Shown here: positions 34,879-34,986 of the stretch, one piece after another
How positions within the stretch are numbered: the first letter of the stretch is position 1
Layout: each line of letters starts with the position of its first letter
Source of the DNA: a virus
Taxonomy: Duplodnaviria > Caudoviricetes
Length of the DNA: 34,986 nt
Strand: one strand, 5' to 3'
Virus record (IMG/VR): IMGVR_UViG_3300020042_002920
Location: 1 to 34,986 of that record
Notes under the pieces: generated by a model
Told to the model about the DNA's origin: nothing
Seen by the model: only the letters and a program-made list of their open reading frames with translations
Databases searched by the model: none
Made by a program: the position numbers and the translations under genes

Positions 34879-34986
34879 TTATCCTTGAGCTGCTAGAAGT
34901 TCAAGTTCAACTTCTTTTACACGCTCGCGCAAGATAATGGCTTCTTGCTCAAGGCATCAATCTTCTTTTCCATACGCTGCCTAGTC
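34879..34986 (-). pseudogene. Partial coiled-coil gene with an apparent 1-nt frameshift
   Basis: TRQRMEKKIDA in one frame continues as LEQEAIILRERVKEVELELLAAQG* in another frame near 34953. Confidence 0.35.

Noticed and set aside
1-34986. tRNA, rRNA, integrase, transposase, intron or intein
   Set aside because: Intergenic gaps are short, and no cloverleaf or catalytic signatures were recognised by eye. A tRNAscan/Infernal run would be needed to be certain.

Overview
The window is a continuous piece of a tailed dsDNA phage genome with podovirus-like architecture. It has a long portal, a scaffold, a Mu gpT-like major capsid protein, short-tail adaptor and nozzle genes, and four large ejection-type proteins; no tape measure or sheath gene was seen. 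Bases 1-33572 are a densely packed + strand late region: head module with a GroES-like co-chaperonin, neck, tail fibres, lysis cassette, tail core and internal proteins. A C(UUCG)G terminator closes this region, and small convergent - strand early-type genes follow. The most striking element is a tandem triplet of paralogous receptor-binding-like genes (11999-16916). Each has exactly seven ~43-aa beta-propeller-type repeats with a near-invariant scaffold, two variable loops and scrambled synonymous codons, and a glycosyltransferase-methyltransferase fusion follows directly. Other notable signals are a chained-pseudoknot RNA candidate after the capsid gene, a repeated TATAAT/GCTG-N3-CAGC leader, a recurring [FY]AxGG motif in internal proteins, and a probable ATT-initiated gene. 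All product calls come from motif recognition and synteny only; no database search was run.
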